A stretch of DNA of 64,000 nucleotides. Origin: Massalongia carnosa (lineage: Eukaryota). The stretch covers positions 558,001-622,000 of the forward strand of contig OZ287076.1 in assembly GCA_965645245.1 (NCBI GenBank). The letters run 5' to 3'. This document shows, in pieces, positions 60,602 to 64,000 of the stretch. The translations under genes and the position numbers were made by a program. Numbering within the stretch: the stretch's first letter is position 1; every line of letters begins with the position of its first letter. Under the pieces are notes generated by a model. The model saw nothing but the letters and a program-made list of their open reading frames with translations, made no database searches and was not told the DNA's origin.

Positions 60602-61891
60602 ATGCAAGGATGTGGTGCTAACCGATCGCAAGCCCCCAGTGTGACTTACGTTCCCCTTCATCTCACACCAACTTGGCCCTCAGGCGCGGTCCAGAGTCGG
60701 GAGGTTGCCAGCGCTTCCTTCCTCCATTCGCCAGCCACCTCGCCAATACAAACCCGTTCTAAGGGCATCCCTCAAGGCAGTAACCGTCTCCCAGCCTCAT
60801 ATCAGGTTAGCATATCGCACCCTTTGCATATCAGGTGGCTCACATCTAGTCATTACACCCAGGTCCAGCCAGAATATGTCCTCCCCCCAACAGCAGCCTC
60901 GCCCACAGCGGCACAACAAGCCTCCATGCAGTTGGCCGCCGAACGTCAAAGTAGCGTTGGAAGCAGTAGCCGGCCCACATCTGGCAACAACACGAGCACG
61001 GCTGCTTCCTCGCTTTCATCGCCCGTCTCGCTGCCTATTTCCCCGCCCCTTTCGCCGCAAGAGAGACTTGACGCTCTACAAGCAGCGAACACGCTGATGG
61101 TGCTGGCAACCCACGAGCCGGAGGATACCAAAAAAATGGCATTGTTGTTGATGACGATGGGAGACAGCAATTTAGCTGCTCCGCCTCCGGTGATGCGCGA
61201 GTACGTGGTACGCCACCGAGACGAAACGTTGCTCCTGCGCGCCAGCAATGGCAACGCCACGTGGGCCATTGCGGCCATCCGGGCCATCCGGGGCGGAAAG
61301 AGAGGCAGCCGCGGAGCAAGCAAGCGCCTGAATGTAGTCGACGGGAACGACACCGAGGTCGCGGGCGATGATACAGACGATAACGCCGCGACGAAGACTG
61401 GGGGCGCGGCAACTTACAACGGCGGTAGATATGGGGGCAAGACGATCGGGTTGGGGAAGCGGGCAGAGAACAGCGAAGAGGCGGAGGAAGATCGACGCGC
61501 CAGTATTCTTCATGCGTTGGAGCTCGCCGAGGGGCCGGTGATTCGGGAGTGGATGCGTACGTGCAAACGTACGCCAGAATACTGGAACTACATCAAGCGG
61601 AAGATGTCCCAAGAGGACTTCATAGCCTACATTGAGAAATGCAAGGCCACCGCTTTGATGCCACCGCCAACGTTGCCTGGAAAAGGGGGCATGAAGCGAA
61701 AGCGCGACAACACCCACGTCGAACGGTTAGACTTGCCTGCCGCCAAAAAGCCTGTAATGCGGCTCAGTCAGCAAAACCTGGCGCGGAACGGGGGAGCAGC
61801 TACGTCGACTTCGGTGGAGGCGCCTGTGGAAGCGCCTATATTGAGATCAAGATTCGGAAGGGAACTGAAGCCCAAGAAGCTTGATTTTTGA
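60602..61891 (+). CDS. Hypothetical, probably nuclear protein
   Basis: 429-aa ORF with GC-rich coding character, KRKR motif and C-terminal RSRFGRELKPKK. The 5' exon structure is uncertain. Confidence 0.55.
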   Translation: MQGCGANRSQAPSVTYVPLHLTPTWPSGAVQSREVASASFLHSPATSPIQTRSKGIPQGSNRLPASYQVSISHPLHIRWLTSSHYTQVQPEYVLPPTAASPTAAQQASMQLAAERQSSVGSSSRPTSGNNTSTAASSLSSPVSLPISPPLSPQERLDALQAANTLMVLATHEPEDTKKMALLLMTMGDSNLAAPPPVMREYVVRHRDETLLLRASNGNATWAIAAIRAIRGGKRGSRGASKRLNVVDGNDTEVAGDDTDDNAATKTGGAATYNGGRYGGKTIGLGKRAENSEEAEEDRRASILHALELAEGPVIREWMRTCKRTPEYWNYIKRKMSQEDFIAYIEKCKATALMPPPTLPGKGGMKRKRDNTHVERLDLPAAKKPVMRLSQQNLARNGGAATSTSVEAPVEAPILRSRFGRELKPKKLDF

Positions 61892-62780
61892 TTTGTGAGT
61901 ACCCCGACAATCATTGAAGCTCTCTTTCTTATGCGTGCTTGTAGATTCGGGACTGTTTCCAAACCGTGAGTTGTTATGAAACGATGAACCGACTTGCGAT
62001 GAGAACTGCAACGAAATACCACATGGCTTGGTTGAGGATATACTGGATGAATTTAGCGCTGTACATTGGTTGAGGATCTCTATTTAGGTTGGGAAATTTC
62101 GACTTTGTGGAACGACGAAGGTTGTGATAGCGTCATGGGTTTATGTTCGTGCTGGGTTTTTCTTTGGCTGTAGTTAGAAACTTCTTTCGGTATAAAATAT
62201 TAGCTAGTAAAGGCTTCCGCAGTACGAAAAGGTAGAAAGTGAATGCATACAACCATGAGTTAACCATCTCACAACAAGTCGGGATCATATCCTGGAGTCT
62301 GAGAGATCCGCAGCTCTCCTGGAAGAAAGCAACAATAAGCAATGTAACCAATTACACCGTAGACGTTGCTCTTGGGTTTGCCAGCTGGCTAGTTGGCAAT
62401 AGTTAGCTGAAGGGCCTAAGTATTTCTCATGTTCAATGGTTCTGAGAGATAGCTCACGTTGAGTAAAAAACTCAAACGATAGCAGACACATCTCATCGTG
62501 TTTTTTTCCCTCTTGCGTTGGAAATTTTCACAGTTTCGAATGGATGAGTTTCATACAAGATACGATACCGAGGAACTAGCTAGGTAAGTAAGTATTCAAC
62601 AGAAACGGGGAAATACCGAAGCCCCATCTTTAGAGCATCGCGCAAGAAGATCTCGTGACTCAACCTACTACTTAACTAAATAACTAACAAACTCCCTCCC
62701 CTCACTCCCCACCCCCCTCCGGCCTCCAGGGACCTACCCATCCTAAACCCATCAAATCACCACATCCCCTAACCCTAACC

Positions 62781-63713
62781 ATGACCGCCACCACCCCCCA
62801 ACCCCAACTCCAACTCCCCGCCAACCTGCAAGAGGCGCTAATCCCCAATCTTCCGCCCTCGATGTACTACATCCCCGATTTCATCAGTCCCGCCGAGGAA
62901 GCCCATCTCCTAGCTAAAGTCCGCTCCGCTCTGCCCCGCCCCTTTCTCTTCTCCCCTCATTTCTTTCATCCCACTTCCTTTCCTGGCACCGTATACTATC
63001 ACCCATCCAACCCAACCACCCACCAACCCCCAAGAAAGGAAGAATTACCATTCTAACCCTACCGCACCCCCATTTCCCCCCGGGGGCCGATGTAGATACA
63101 CGCATCCCCCCGCCCCCACTGGCACCGGCTCTCGCACCGGCGCCTGCAAGCACACCCCTCGCCGCTGACGCCCGGAACCAACACTCTTCTCGCCGCGCCG
63201 CTCCCGTCCTGGCTTGCGGACCCCATCGTGCCGCGGCTCCTGTCCGTTCCGTGTGCGGCGTCCACGGAGGACACGCACGCCTTCAGCGCCTCGCCGCACC
63301 GCGCGCCGAATCACTGCCTGGTGAATGAGTACGCGCCCGGGCAGGGGATCCTCGCGCATGAGGACGGCCCGGCGTACTGGCCCGTGGTGGCGACGGTGTC
63401 GTTGGGCGCGCCAATCGTGCTGGATGTGTACGCGAAGGGGGATGGGAGGGGGCGATCGCGGTGGCGGGTGCTGCAAGAGCGCAGGAGTTTACTGGTCACG
63501 GCCGAGCAGATGTATGGGGGGTGGTTGCATGGGATTGAGGAGGGGGTGGAAGTAGATGAGAGGTTGGGGGAGGTGGTGAATTGGGGGCTGCTGGGGAGGA
63601 AGGGGGACTTTGGGGAAGGGAAGAGTGTGAGGGGGACGAGGGTGAGTTTGACGTTTCGGGATGTGATCCGGGTGAAGAATTTAGGGAAGGGGTTGGGGTT
63701 TGTGGGGAGGTGA
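62781..63713 (+). CDS. AlkB-family 2OG-Fe(II) dioxygenase (ALKBH6-like)
   Basis: YYIPDFISPAEE, intron 62919-63095, WHRLSHRRLQ, NHCLVNEYAPGQGILAHEDGPAY, HGI and RVSLTFR. Confidence 0.9.
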
Positions 63714-64000
63714 ACGAGGGATACCCCGTGGTTGCAGCGAGAATGGGGGACTCGAGAGAATTGCAGGAGACATCGGTAAATTTTTCTAGGGAATGCCTCG
63801 AATTAAACGAGTATAGGCTAGGTAGGATATGGTCGATACTAAAACATATAAGGGATCATTTTCCATCTCTGTTGCACCTGTTTTTCCCCAAATTTTCTGG
63901 CGTACCATCCCTTGGTAGCAGACGCTGTCACAGAGAGATTGACCGACACAAATATCAGCGCAGCAAAAATGGTCCTGTTGAAAAGACTTCCGGTGGGAGC

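Overview
Filamentous ascomycete (Pezizomycotina-like) nuclear DNA, judged from short GT-AG introns with CTRAC branch points. Conserved genes: secreted glycogen-debranching-like hydrolase, Grr1 F-box/LRR, acyl-CoA synthetase, RPL16, M28 membrane protease, BAG protein, sterol O-acyltransferase, AP-1 gamma adaptin, Aim18-like, glutaredoxin, metallophosphoesterase, J-domain protein and AlkB dioxygenase. Two full-length DNA transposons are present: piggyBac-like (~15.16-17.33 kb) and Mutator/MULE (~55.99-58.73 kb). An accessory block (~30-44 kb) holds an intact SesB-like hydrolase/NB-ARC/TPR NLR with eight near-identical 126-bp repeats, flanked by MFS and SET-domain pseudogenes. Best leads: an unassigned multi-branched, RNA-like fold-back at 48.77-48.97 kb; probable non-AUG initiation in glutaredoxin (AUU) and BAG (GUG); a divergent truncated NoxR/p67phox-like protein; and a piggyBac-like element without TTAA flanks. 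All calls were made by eye and no searches or folding programs were run.
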